This document shows, piece by piece, positions 40,373 through 52,477 of a stretch of DNA of 64,000 nucleotides. The notes under the pieces are model-generated. The model did no database searches. It was not told the DNA's origin and saw only the letters and a program-made list of their open reading frames with translations. This DNA comes from Eledone cirrhosa (lineage: Eukaryota). Numbering within the stretch: position 1 is the first letter of the stretch; each line of letters opens with the position of its first letter. The position numbers and the translations under genes were made by a program. Where the stretch lies: NCBI GenBank assembly GCA_964016885.1, contig OZ024745.1:10168001-10232000 (forward strand), written 5' to 3'.

Positions 40373-41194
40373 GCGTTTAAGAAAGATAGACAGCCAGATA
40401 GACAAAATATAGATGTAGGCTGTGTGGTTAAGGAATTCTATATACAACTATGTGGTTTCAGGTTCAGTCCTACTGCCTGCAAGTATTTTTTTATTTTTAT
40501 TATAGTCATGAGTCAACCAATGCCTTGTCAGTAAAATTTGGTAGAGAGAAACTGCAGAAGTCCATCGTGTGTGTGTTTTTACACTTGTATGTACTGTAAC
40601 TATGTTTACACATGTGCAAGGAACTCACAACCATATTATTCAACATGTCCTTTTCTTTAAATGGTAGGGTATGATTTGAGGTAGATTTGGCTGCTGTTTC
40701 TAGCAGGTCAAAAAACAGCAGTGGGTCCCTCATCTCATCAAATTGTTTTAGTAAATGATATAAATAATTATCTTTACAAAACTATACCACTTGAGATTGC
40801 ATGAACAGAGAAAAGTTTAAAATACAAAAGAATAGGAGAAATGTTCAGTATATATTATAGTAAATCTGTTACAGTAGAACATTGATTTATTACACAAGGT
40901 TTAGAATTCCTCCTTTGAGGCAAGAAAGTCGTTTAGTTTGATTCCAATTTTTGTTATTTATTCCCTCCCTCAGAAAAAAAAAGGAAGAAAGAGAAGAGGA
41001 AAACAACCAATGAAACATCCTACTTTAAACATAGAAAAGTGTAAAACACCTAGATACATGAGAACCAATGGACAGAGTTCACCAAAATTGCTGCCTTTAC
41101 CATACTAGAACATCAATCTATCTTCACTATTATTATAATGAACAGACTTTCATGCTGGCATAAGATGTAATGTGTGTGAACGCTCACACCATCA

Positions 41195-41357
41195 TAATTC
41201 GTAACCATCGCTTTTACGTCCACTTTTCCATGCTTGCATGGGTTGGACGGGTCCTTCTCAGCACAGCATCTCTCCACTTGTCGCATTCCCTTGTCATCTC
41301 CTCTACCAGTCTTAGCGATTTGAGGTCAGCTCTCACAACCTCTGCCCAGGTTTTTCA
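41195..41357 (-). mobile_element. RTE 3'-end fragment
   Basis: Similar to 34245-34390. Confidence 0.75.
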
Positions 41358-41382
41358 TATATATATATATATATTATATATA

Positions 41383-41650
41383 AGGTGAGCATAAAATCTT
41401 TCCCTGATTATATAATACCATATCTCAGATACTATTTGAGATTTTATTTTTTCATTGTTTTAATTTATAAATTTCAAGTTTTTCTGAACATGTTTTACAT
41501 TTTCTCTTCTACAGGAAGTAGGTATAATTTTCTCTTCTACAGGAAGTAGTTGTAATTTTCAGTAACAAAATGGCATGTATAAAACAAAAAGCTTGGTGTG
41601 TTTTGTGCTTTCAAAGACAGATGAACGTTGTGAGTGTATAGAAGTGTTAA
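41383..41650 (+). mobile_element. Decayed 5' end of a Tc1/mariner-like DNA transposon
   Basis: Follows a TA run; the ATG at 41570 gives MACIKQKAWCVLCFQR, resembling mariner DUF4817-type N-termini (recall, not a search). Confidence 0.45.
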
Positions 41651-41669
41651 GGTGCAGACGGAAAATAAA

Positions 41670-42355
41670 CCAACAATAAACTAAGTGAGAAATTAGGAAT
41701 AAGAGGGATCAGATGCTATTTACTTGAGAGAAGACTACGTTGGTATGGTCACGTGATGCACATGAAAGACGACAGCTGTATAAAAAAGTGCAGAGCGATC
41801 AAAATTGATGGTAGTTACGGAGTAGGCAGACCCAGAAAAACCTGGGACGATCTGATAAATTCTGACCTTACACACTTGCACCTCTCCAAGACAATGTCAC
41901 TGGTCCGAGATCTTTGGCGCCACGCAGTAATACAGAAGACCCACCTTGTCTATGTACAAAGTGAAACCTACAGTCAGTAGGCATCTCTTAACCAAATATA
42001 CACCCCAATCCACTACCCCTACTCTATCCTCCCACTCCCACCAACACCACCCTCTCTCTGTAAAGTTGGTACCACAACATCCAGTCCAAATAAATGAGAT
42101 GGAGGTCGTGTAGGTGTCACGACAAAAAAACACACAGTCCACGCTGTAATGTGGCCGTGTAGGTAACACGGTAAAAAGTTCCCAGTTCCACACTGTAAAT
42201 GTGGTTGGTGTTAGGAAGGGCATCCAGATGTAGAAAGCCTGCCAGATAGTCCTATATGAGCGAGACATGGTCACCCGACCAACCTTGCCTCAAGTGGGAC
42301 AACTCCCATCTAACCCATGCTAGCGTGGAAGACGGACGTTAAACGACGATGATGA
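41670..42355 (+). mobile_element. 5'-truncated RTE LINE (family R1 variant)
   Basis: RRLRWYGHVMHMKDDSCIKKC...GRPRKTW; 3' UTR and (GAT)n tail; close relative of 56355-57020. Confidence 0.9.
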
Positions 42356-42678
42356 AGTGAATACAGTCAAATACCACTATGACAGAATTGGTGGTAGCAT
42401 ATAAGAAGGAATAATCGGGATAATTTAGACGCGAGTCTACATGTTTAAACATATCTGAGGAGCTTCCGATTCCAGAGTCAGGTTCAATCATTAATAGATC
42501 GTTCCTCGAGCTGATCGACAGTGAAACATATGTAATTAAATATGTATATGATGCAACACTGATTCTTTGATCCCTTATATATGAATGCTATATATACACA
42601 CACACATATACCACAGACGTTTTTAAATCTATTAATGTAATTAAATCTTGGTTATTTATTCATATATATATATATATA

Positions 42679-43501
42679 TCATCATCATCATCATCATCAT
42701 GATCATTTTACGTCCGCTTTTCCCTGCTTGCAAGGGTGGGATGGGTCTTATTCAGCACAGCATCTCTCCACTTGTCACGGTCCTTCGTCATCTCCACAGT
42801 GAGCTTCAATAATGTGAGGTCTGTTCTCACCACCGCCGCCCATGTTTTTCGTGGTCTACCTCTACCACGTCTTCCTTCAACTGGCATTTCCTTGCACTTC
42901 TTCACCCAGCGGTCATCCTCCATGCGCATCACATGTCCATACCACATCAGTCTCCTCTCCCGTACACTACATTCTATACCTCTCAGACACAGTTTCTCTC
43001 TCAACACATTTATGCTGGGTCGTTCACGCACATTTACATTGCACATCCAACGGAGCATGCTTGCCTCATTTCTCTCCAGCCGTCGCATATCCTCTGCAGT
43101 TGCTGCCCATATCTCACTACCATGCAGCATATAACCGGCCTTTCGTATGCAGGGAGAAACCCTTCTTCGTCAACAGAGGAAGCAGCTCCCTAAACTTCTT
43201 CCAACCCGTCATTCTAGATACTAAGGCCTCAGAACACCCTCCTCCCATGCTAATCTGATCTCTTAGGTACCGGAAGCTATCCACCACTTCTATAGCACCT
43301 GCCTGCATCTGAAAAATGTGTCTATCAATGTGACTTCTACTGTCTAATTTCCCTGTACATCTACTGCATACATATTTCTCGCTACCTGTTAGTTTGCCTG
43401 CTATCCCACTACATCTCTTGTGTACCCAGGATCTGCATTGTGTGCATTTTATAGAATTTATGCCAGTTCCTTTTCTGCATATCGAACATGGCCATTTCCC
43501 T

Positions 43502-43502
<1 letters not shown>
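42679..43502 (-). mobile_element. 5'-truncated RTE LINE (family R2) inside (TA)n
   Basis: ORFs 43117..43782 (SGKWPCSICRKG...WVHKRC) and 42708..43130; (TA)n on both sides; (CAT)n tail. Confidence 0.92.
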
Positions 43503-43546
<44 letters not shown>

Positions 43547-43591
43547 ATAGTGGTAGAGATCAGATAGAGATTCAGAAAACCCAATTGACAG

Positions 43592-43655
43592 CCGATGATG
43601 ATGATGATGGTGGTGGTGGTGGTGGTGGTGGTGGTGGTGGTGGTGATGATGGTGA

Positions 43656-43689
<34 letters not shown>

Positions 43690-43727
43690 GGCGATGATGA
43701 TGATGGTGGTGGTGGTAGTGATGATGA
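43592..43727. repeat. (GAT)n/(GGT)n compound trinucleotide repeat
   Basis: Directly visible. Confidence 0.95.
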
Positions 43728-44055
43728 ACTTGTTGAATGGCTTATAGAAAAAATAAGATATATTTATTATCCTGAAGAACACCTGTATTTCTTCACCTCC
43801 TGCTAGTGTGGTGATGTATTTAGATTAAAGGGTTGAGTTTGAGAGGGAAATACTGCAAGTTTCTCCTTGGAATAGTCACCAAATCTATTTGATTAACAAG
43901 TCAAAGTTAGAAAACCACTAATGGAGATAGATTAGTTAAAGTATGTAGAGAGATAATTACTAAGAAATATAGAAGGTACACATATGAAATAGAGAACATA
44001 GAGAAGGGGATTAGGGAGTTAACAGTATTAGTGGGTTGAAGGAAACCCTAAAGAA

Positions 44056-47000
44056 GGTACACATATGAAATAGAGAACATAGAGAAGGGGATTAGGGAGT
44101 TAACAGTATTAGTGGGTGAAACTATTGAAGAGATAAGATCCTTTTTCCCTTATCTGCTAAAATGTATCATTAGAGTTGATTTCATTTCGTTCCGGCCACC
44201 CATCCATACAAATCTTCGAAGGTATCTTAGTTAGTTTTTATGACGTTATTATTGTTAATATTACTACTGTTTTTCTGCTGTATTATTAATAAATTTTCGA
44301 AGGTATCTTAGTTCCTATGACGTTATTATTGTTAATATTACTGCTGTTTTAACTTCGGATATTTACCATGCAGTATTCTAATTCTATCGTATCTCTCTCG
44401 GTTATTTACCATGCGACCCCCAGTGCCTACCTCACAATTTCCCTCCCACCCACCCCCTCACACCACCATAGCCTATTCGACCAATCAAACCTCAGCATGC
44501 CATTTCCACGGCTGCTGCTGCTACTACTACCTAACTAACTCTCTCCTCCTCTGGCACAGCCCAACACACCCTGCCATTACCCCACCACCACTGTTCTTCT
44601 AGCCCTCAATTTTCCTACCGTTATGGATGGATGAGCTGAGAATAAATTTGAGCAACTCTGAATCAATAGATGAAATATGAATCTGCGAGCTACCAAGCAC
44701 CCACGTGAAGCGCCAACCCAGAGACCCTCCCCTACGAGTGTCGACAAATGCCCAAAACTCCGAGTTGGTACCATCAATGTAGGCTCAATGAAAGGAAGAG
44801 CAGGAGAAATCGTAGAAATGCTAGAGCGAAAGGAAATTGACGCATGCTGTGTGCAAGAGAGAAGATGGAGAGGAGAGTCTGCCAGAGTCCTCGTAGGAAA
44901 AAGTCGGTGCTACAAATTTTTCTAGGTGGGAAATGACGATGGGATGGGTGGTGTAGGTATACTACTAGCTGACAAGTGGGTAGATAAAGTAATCTCAGTG
45001 TACAGGGTAAACGCAAGAATCATTAAACTCAGACTAGTCCTGAATAAAACAATTACCACAATAATATCAGCTTACGCACCCCAATCGGGGCTGCCAGACG
45101 AACTTAAGGATAGGTTTTACGAGTCCCTAATACACACTACTGCTCTAACAGACGACAAGGACTTCCTAATCATCGCAGTAGATTTTAACGGACACGTAGG
45201 TAAACACTGCGACAGCTTCAATAGAGTACATGGAGGCCATGGGGTTGGCACAAGGAATGAGGAAGGATTCAGACTTCTAGAATTCTGCGACGCCAATGAC
45301 ATGTCGATATGTAACACAAACTTTAAAAAACCCAACAACCACCTGATCACCTATAGATCAGGGGAGCACTCTAGTCAGTTAGATTTTATCCTCATCAGAG
45401 GACGTGACAGATGGACGGTCGTAAACACAAAAGCCTTCCCTAGTGAGGAATGTACATCCCAACATAGCTTAGTTGTCAGCGACCTCACGGTCAGAACTAG
45501 ACGAGCCCTGAAACAGAGGCCAACCTGGAGAAGAAAGATCTGGAAGCTGAAAGTCCCCTCAACCAGTAACAGATTTAAAGATATTTTACTCAACGCCTAC
45601 GACAGTAAAGAAGAACAGATAGAGACATTCAATGTAGAAGAGAACTGGGAGTTCCTAAAAAATAATTTACTAGAAGCGACGGACGAGGTCTGTGGCTGGA
45701 GTAAGACCTCAAGCAGGAGGAGAGTGACTTGGTGGTGGAACAATAAGGTAGATGAAGCAGTCAAGGCCAAGAGACAGGCATGGAAAGAATGGAAGAACGG
45801 GGGGAGCAGGGTACACTACATAGAGACCAAGAGGGAAGCTAGGCGACAAGTATACTTAGCTAGGAGGGAAGCAGAGGTTAGAAAATTCAAGCATGTTTTA
45901 CAACGTGAGGACCAGAAACAGGAGGTATTCAAGATTGCGAGGCAGTGTGTCAGAGATAGTTGTGATGTCATTGTAGAGAAGTGTATCCGGAATGATAAAG
46001 GTGAGCTTGCCCTCACAAGTGCTGAGAAGAAGGATGCATGGAAGAGTCATTATGATAGATTACTAAATGAGGAGAATGCATGGGAAGAAGAGACCCTACC
46101 CCAAGTAGACCCTATAGAGGGACCAGCAGTACAAGTCAACGGCAGCGTAGTAAGTAAGGCAATCAGAGATATGAAGATGGGGAAGGCAACCGGTCCATCG
46201 GGTATAGCTGCCGAGATGTTGAAGGCATCTGGGTCTGTAGGTCACACTATAACCACACGTATCGTTAACCAGGTAATACTAGAAGGGGCCATACCAAAAG
46301 ATTGGTGCAGTAGCATCATCGTCAACTGCTACAAAGGTAAAGGCGATGCACTAGATAGAGGAAACTATAGAGGTATAAAGTTGATGGACCAGGTCATGAA
46401 AGTAACAGAAAGAGTTATAGCACAGCTGATTAGGGACCGGGTGAAAATAGACGATGCAATTTGGGTTTGTACCAGAAAGAGGCACCACTGATGCCCTCTT
46501 CCTTGTGAGGCAATTACAGGAAAAGTACCTAGCTAAAAGTAAGCCACTCTACTTGGCATTTGTCGACCTTGAGAAAGCCTTTGACAGAGTTCCACGCGCT
46601 GTAATCTGGTGGGCTCTTAGAAAACTAGGAGTAGATGAATGGCTTGTGAAAGCGGTACAAGCCATGTATAGGGGAGCAGTCAGCAAAGTTAGGATTAGCA
46701 ATGAGTATAGCGAGGAATTTAGCGTACAGGTTGGGCTCCACCAGGGCTCTGTTCTGAGCCCTCTCCTGTTCATCATAGTCCTGCAGGCAATAACGGAGGA
46801 GTTTAAGACCGGATGCCCATGGGAACTCCTGTATGCTGATGACCTCGCACTCATAGCTGAATCTATGGTAGAACTAGAGAATAAATTCCAAACCTGGAAG
46901 CAGGGACTAGAAAGAAAGGGTCTCAAAGTCAACATGACAAAGACTAAGGTCCTTGTAAGTAGACGAGAAAACAGAACCCAGATCCCCTCAGGGAAATGGC

Positions 47001-48106
47001 CTTGCTCAGTATGTAGGAAAGGTGTAGGTAGGAACTCCATTCTCTGCCCCAAATGCAAACAATGGGTACACAAGAGATGTAGCGGGATCTCAGGAAGCTT
47101 AATTAAGAATGTAGGATTCACATGCAGCAACTGTGCTGAGACAGCAAACAGCAAACAGCCACAGGAAACAAGTACCACCAATCTCTGGGAGGGCCCTGTA
47201 GAAACAGTTGACAGCTTCTGCGACCTAGGTGACCGAATTAGCAACGGAGGTGGGTGTTCAGAAAGTGCAATAACTAGGGTAAGAACGGGATGGAAGAAGT
47301 TTAGGGAACTACTACCACTGCTAGCTGCAAAAGGCTTCTCCCTCAGAATGAAAGGCAGACTGTATGATGCGTGTATCCGAACAGCGATGTTGCATGGTAG
47401 CGAGACCTGGGCGCTGAAGGTGGAAGACTTACGTAGATTAGAGAGAAACGAAGCCTGCATGCTCCGATGGATGTGTAACAATAATATACGTGAACGACAA
47501 AGCATAAATGAATTGAGAGAGAGACTGAGCATAAGAGGAATCAAATGCTGTGTGCAGGAGAGGCGGTTGCGCTGGTATGGACATGTGATGCGTATGAAGG
47601 ACGATAGCTGCATAAAAAGGTGCAGAGCACTAGAAGTTGATGGAAACCGCGGAGTGGGGAGACCCAAGATGACCTGGGATGAGGTGATAAAAGCCGACCT
47701 TACCCTATTACACCTCTCAAAGACAATGACACACGACCGTGACTTCTGGCGTCACGCAGTAATACAGAGTACCCGACCTCCCATGGGTACAAGCTGAAGC
47801 ATATAGACAATATGCCCCCACCCACCCCCACCGCAAGGTGGTCGTGGAGGTGCCACCGAAAAAAAGCACCCAGCCCACACTGTAAAGTGGACGTGTAGGC
47901 GCCACGGAAAAAAGTACCCAGCACTCACTGTAAATGAGGTTGGTGTTAGGAAGGGCATCCAGCTGTAGAAATCAAGCCAAAATCAGTTCCTGTATGAGCA
48001 AGGCATGGTCAGCCGACCGGACACTGCCCACAACAGGACAACCCGTCTAACCCATGCTAGCGTGGAAGAACGGACGTAAAACGGTGATGATGATGATGAT
48101 GATGAT
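44056..48106 (+). mobile_element. Near full-length RTE-clade non-LTR retrotransposon (family R1) with 18-bp target-site duplication
   Basis: TSD GAAGGAAACCCTAAAGAA at 44038-44055 and 48107-48124; (GAT)n tail; single APE-RT reading frame. Confidence 0.95.
44677..47797 (+). pseudogene. RTE APE endonuclease / reverse transcriptase ORF, disabled by a stop (44923-44925) and a frameshift (~46454)
   Basis: APE motifs GTINV, CVQE, SAYAPQ, DFNGH, LDFIL; RT motifs NYRGIKL, QFGF, FVDLEKAFDRV, HQGSVLSP, YADD (46832-46843); C4HC3 finger at 47003-47134. Confidence 0.95.
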
Positions 48107-48189
48107 GAAGGAAACCCTAAAGAAAATACTAAAGTATTATTCAGAAGTTCACTAGTTTTTATTCTGTGTTATTCTATGAGTAACAACTT

Positions 48190-48535
48190 GTTAGATCTTT
48201 GTCGGTTCCCATGACAAGTGTTCCAGTTGATTCCATCAACGAAATTAACATGCCAAGTGGCTGAGCATTCCACAGTCATGTCTACTCTTAATGTAGTTCT
48301 CAGGGAGATTCGGTGTGACACAGGGTGTGATATGTATGATTAATTGTAAACAATGTAAAAAAAAAAATAATGGTGATATATTTAAATTACAGGTACAACT
48401 CACTTTTGCCACCTGATTGGATTGGAACAACGAGAAATAAAGTGACTTGCTCAAGGACACAACACACTGCTGGGAATTGAACTCCCAATCTTACAATCAA
48501 GAACCAAACACTCTAACAATTAAGCCATATGCCTT
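48190..48535 (-). mobile_element. tRNA-headed SINE with CORE-like body and a different 3' region
   Basis: Reverse complement starts AGGCATATGGCTTAATTGTTAGAG...GAGTTCAATTC...GTGTCCTTGAGCAAGTCACTTTATTTC; partial relatives at ~33240-33310 and ~33860-33965. Confidence 0.75.
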
Positions 48536-48815
48536 CACTGAGTAACAACTACTAATATTTCACTGTACTTACATACCACAAGATTAATTGTTTGAAGTTA
48601 TAACACAGGTCTGATTTATTTTAAAAGTTAACCTCCCAAGTGTTACAGATCAACACAATAGACAGACCCAGTGAAGTGGTTGGTGATAGAAAGAGCATCT
48701 AGCCTTAGAAAACCCCTGCCAAACAGGAAGACTGTCCAACTATACCGGACATGACAATTTCCCTAGAGTTGTTGCTACAATAAAATACACTCAAACAATT
48801 GTGTTTAGAAATAAC

Positions 48816-49008
48816 AAGTTAAAGCTTCATGCAAATTTTTTGACTATAAGAAAACAATTTAAATAATAAGGCAGCATATAAAACCCCTTAACAGGGAAAA
48901 AAGGACATTAGTAGGTGCTAATATCCATTTTTGTTGTTAAGGGGGTTCATATGCCCTATTATTTAGACTATTTTTCTAAAGTGAAAAAATTCAATGAAGT
49001 TTTAACTT
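48816..49008. repeat. ~190 bp imperfect palindrome (foldback/MITE-like)
   Basis: Left arm AAGTTAAAGCTTCATG...CCCCTTAACA...GGACATTAG mirrors right arm CTAATATCC...TGTTAAGGGG...TGAAGTTTTAACTT around a ~6-bp centre. Confidence 0.8.
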
Positions 49009-49732
49009 TCTCATGAATAAGTGTATAAGCTGGCAGCCCCTATTTTATGCCTGAGAAACGAGGACTAATCCAAACCCTGTCTATAAGCCAAGGCAGCACT
49101 TATTTAGACGGTGCAGTTTTGTAAATTCCAGCGAGTTGAGAATATCTTCATGAAATTTTAATATTTTGATATCTAAAATATTTTTTATTGCTGTTTAAAG
49201 TAGAGTGTTTTGATTTATAACTCCATTTTATAAATAATTTTTAGAAAGTTTCAACTTTTGTTTACTTCTTTTTAGCAGAAAACGATAGCACCATCTTCTG
49301 AATATAAAAAGTTTTTTTTTTTTAACATTCAAATCACACAAAATGCATGTATGTATAAAATAAATATGCATATATGTGTGTGTGTGTGTGTGTGTATAAA
49401 CACATACATACAGTTATATCATCCTAAGTGTATGTGTCAATGTTTCAAGAGACAAAATGTGTGTCTAACTACAGTATACAGCCTCAACCTTAATTTTCTT
49501 CCTCACAACTTTGATAAAATTACATATTTTGCGGATATATTTTCTGAAATTGTGCATTAAGAGTATGATAATAAAAGTTTTTTAAATATTGTCACTTTCT
49601 TTCGTGGAAATTACTGGAAGTAACCCTATCACTCCAGATACGTTGGTGTCATTTTTACAGAGATGCTGGAGTTGTTGAAAATTGAAATAATATTGACATT
49701 TTAACAGCAATTTTCCTTTTTGGTCACATATT

Positions 49733-50014
49733 TCTTGGCTTATACACAAGTACAGTAAATAGAATATGGCAGTTTGTCTTGGTGCTTATACACAAGTACA
49801 GTAAATAGAATATGGCAGTTTGTCTTGGTGCTTATACACAAGTACAGTAAATAGAATATGGCAGTTTGTCTTGGTGCTTATACACAAGTACAGTAAATAG
49901 AATATGGCAGTTTGTCTTGGTGCTTATACACAAGTACAGTAAATAGAATATGGCAGTTTGTCTTGGTGCTTATACACAAGTACAGTAAATAGAATATGGC
50001 AGTTTGTCTTGGTG
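49733..50014. repeat. 46-bp minisatellite, 6 near-identical copies
   Basis: TATACACAAG recurs at 49741, 49787, 49833, 49879, 49925 and 49971. Confidence 0.95.
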
Positions 50015-50130
50015 TTTAGTATAAAGAATGATGTGAGCAAAAGTTTTATGATCTGTAATTAGACCAACAACCCACTTCTAATTACAATATTTGTAAAACA
50101 TAGTTTGGAATGTACAGTTCTATAAAATCA

Positions 50131-50387
50131 ACTACATGTCTAGAAGCACTACATGTCTAGAAGCTCTACATGTCTAGGAGCACTACATGTCTAGAAACAC
50201 TACGTCCAGAAGCACTACATGTCTAGAAACACTACGTCCAGAAGCACTACATGTCTAGAAACACTACGTCCAGAAGCACTACATGTCTAGAAGCTGTACA
50301 TGTCTAGAAACACTACGTCTAGAAGCACTACATGTCTAGAAGCTCTACATGTCTAGAAACTCTATATGTCTAGAAACACTACATGTC
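50131..50387. repeat. 15/17-bp minisatellite (CTACATGTCTAGAAGCA)
   Basis: Directly visible tandem units. Confidence 0.95.
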
Positions 50388-50554
50388 ATTCTAGTGAAAA
50401 GTGACAATTGTGGCACTCTAAACATATGGGAATGACTGATGTGTACTAAATGAAATAATGGTACATATTGAATCCTTATGTTGTTAATACTGACAGCCAG
50501 GTAAATAAAGATACGCCACATATATATATCTATCTATCTATAGATATATATATA

Positions 50555-51725
50555 TCTATACATATATATATATAAAACTGTTGTTGTCTGTCTGTGTGTA
50601 TGTGTGTCCTCATTTTTGCAAAGTCTATACAAATCCACATTTCTACTCCGATTGACTTCAAACTTGCATTTATATATTCCTTGCAGTCTAAAGATACTAA
50701 CTGCAGCTTTTATTTTTCAATTTTCTGTTGTTAAAGGGGTGTTAGGCGCCGGTTATCCATCTCTGTGCACTGTTATAATATCTGTCTGTATGCATTACGG
50801 CATTATGACAAATATTGATGACGTATTATGTTAGCTATTTTCCGTTCATTGCCAGGGAACGTCTTCACGAACCAAAGTATCGTCTTCCTGTTTTCCTACG
50901 GTTGCAATGTTTTTCGAAATATTTACTTCTGCGTTCACAGATTGATTTTTTTAGTTTCAGAAGATCCCGTTAAGGGTGAAAGCAGCGATTCTTTGCTTAA
51001 ACTTTAATCTGTTATTTTAATATATAATATAAGCTAGGCAAGCTAGCCCAGTTGCCACTTCTTGCCAATAAACATTAACCCTTTGTGCGCCATTCATCTC
51101 ACTGTAGACCAACAAATACCAACTAAACGGAGCGTTGACAAGAACGATGGCGAATGAATCTTCGAGGTAAGCAGTTTCCTCCCGAGATGTTAGTTCACAT
51201 GGGATTCTCTGCTACACCTTTTCATAATAATACCGAACAACGTACTGCTGGTCACACCTTCCTCCAAAACCCGTACAAAGCGGACATGTGCATCGGGCAG
51301 ATGGATTGGGTGCAAATCTACACCAGGCCTATGCGAGAAATTCGCAACGGACTGCACCGAGAGGGATAGAGAGAAAGAGTAACTTAGTGACAAGAGTGCG
51401 AATGAACTTTTGAGGTAAGTAGCCTACGCCTTACTGCTATGACACTGGAACCTTCTGTCAACTTAACCTGTGACTTTCTCTTTCACATTTACTCCAAAAG
51501 GCCAAAACAGAAGAGTATGAAAAGAAGGGGCTCAACAATATTTCTATGAACAATGCACGTAGACAGCTAAACTGTACTTTCAACTTCTTAATTTTCTCCA
51601 AATAAAACAAGTTTCCTGTAGGTATATTTTCGTGAGTTTTTAACATGCACTCACAAATAAACGTTTCTCATTGGAGGTGCTATTACCAATGTTCTTACCC
51701 GTGCAACGCCGGGATACACTGCTAG
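50555..51725 (+). mobile_element. Non-autonomous Helitron
   Basis: 5' A|TCTATAC..., subterminal (GTCT)n, 3' hairpin CCCGTGCAACGCCGGG (51698-51713), terminus CTAG|T; no TSD. Confidence 0.8.
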
Positions 51726-52477
51726 TATATATTATAGCTACTAACAATGCTCCTTCTTGTTTAACACACACACACACATTGATAAGGACAAAATCCAGTC
51801 ACACATATCTTCAATTGTTGTAGCCATATTCAAATGGAAAATGACAAGCAACCCCATAAAATATAAGACGTTGAATTTATAGTCCCTATTGAAAAACTTA
51901 CAAACATAAATAAATATGGTTGGCATTACGTAGAAACCAAGCAAAGAAACAGTTCTATATGAGCAAGACATGGTCACCTGACCTGACTTGCCTCTAAAGG
52001 GACAACCTGACTAACCCATGCTAGCATGGAAAATGGACATTAAACAATGATGATGCGTACAATACAGCAATGTTTCTCATCTTTCTAACATATTATTGCT
52101 AGCAGGGATGACAGGTGATGAATGATGATGATGATGATGTCAGGTGATGAATGATGACAACGGCGGCAATGAGGAGGAGGAGGAGGGTGTTTGAAATATC
52201 ACTTTATAAAACATTTCATAGATATAATTATGAAGGAAGGTTTTAATATATGTGTGAACACTAAAATGGGCAGGTTTGAGCCATAAAACCAGAAAAGGCT
52301 TCAGGAAGATACTAAGTACCTACTTTTAGTACCTTCAGGTAGATTGGTACTAAAAGGGTTGGCAAAAAAAAAGAAAAAAGTCGAGGGAATAGCTATTTTC
52401 TTTTTAGTGGTAGGTTTAAAGTTATGAATTTGTCAAACAAAAAATAACATTGGGTAGTTTTCTGTTTCACAGAAATA

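Noticed and set aside
44923-44925. TAG at a likely Trp codon as an editing- or readthrough-controlled switch for the RTE
   Set aside because: A separate frameshift near 46454 also breaks the ORF; ordinary decay is the simpler explanation.
46549-47667. 372-aa antisense ORF over the RT
   Set aside because: It is a shadow frame of the RTE coding strand with no recognisable motifs.
51095-51305. piggyBac-like peptide traces inside the Helitron (HLTVDQQIPTK; LPPKPVQSG)
   Set aside because: The resemblance is short, interrupted by stops and within chance expectation; it would need a profile search.
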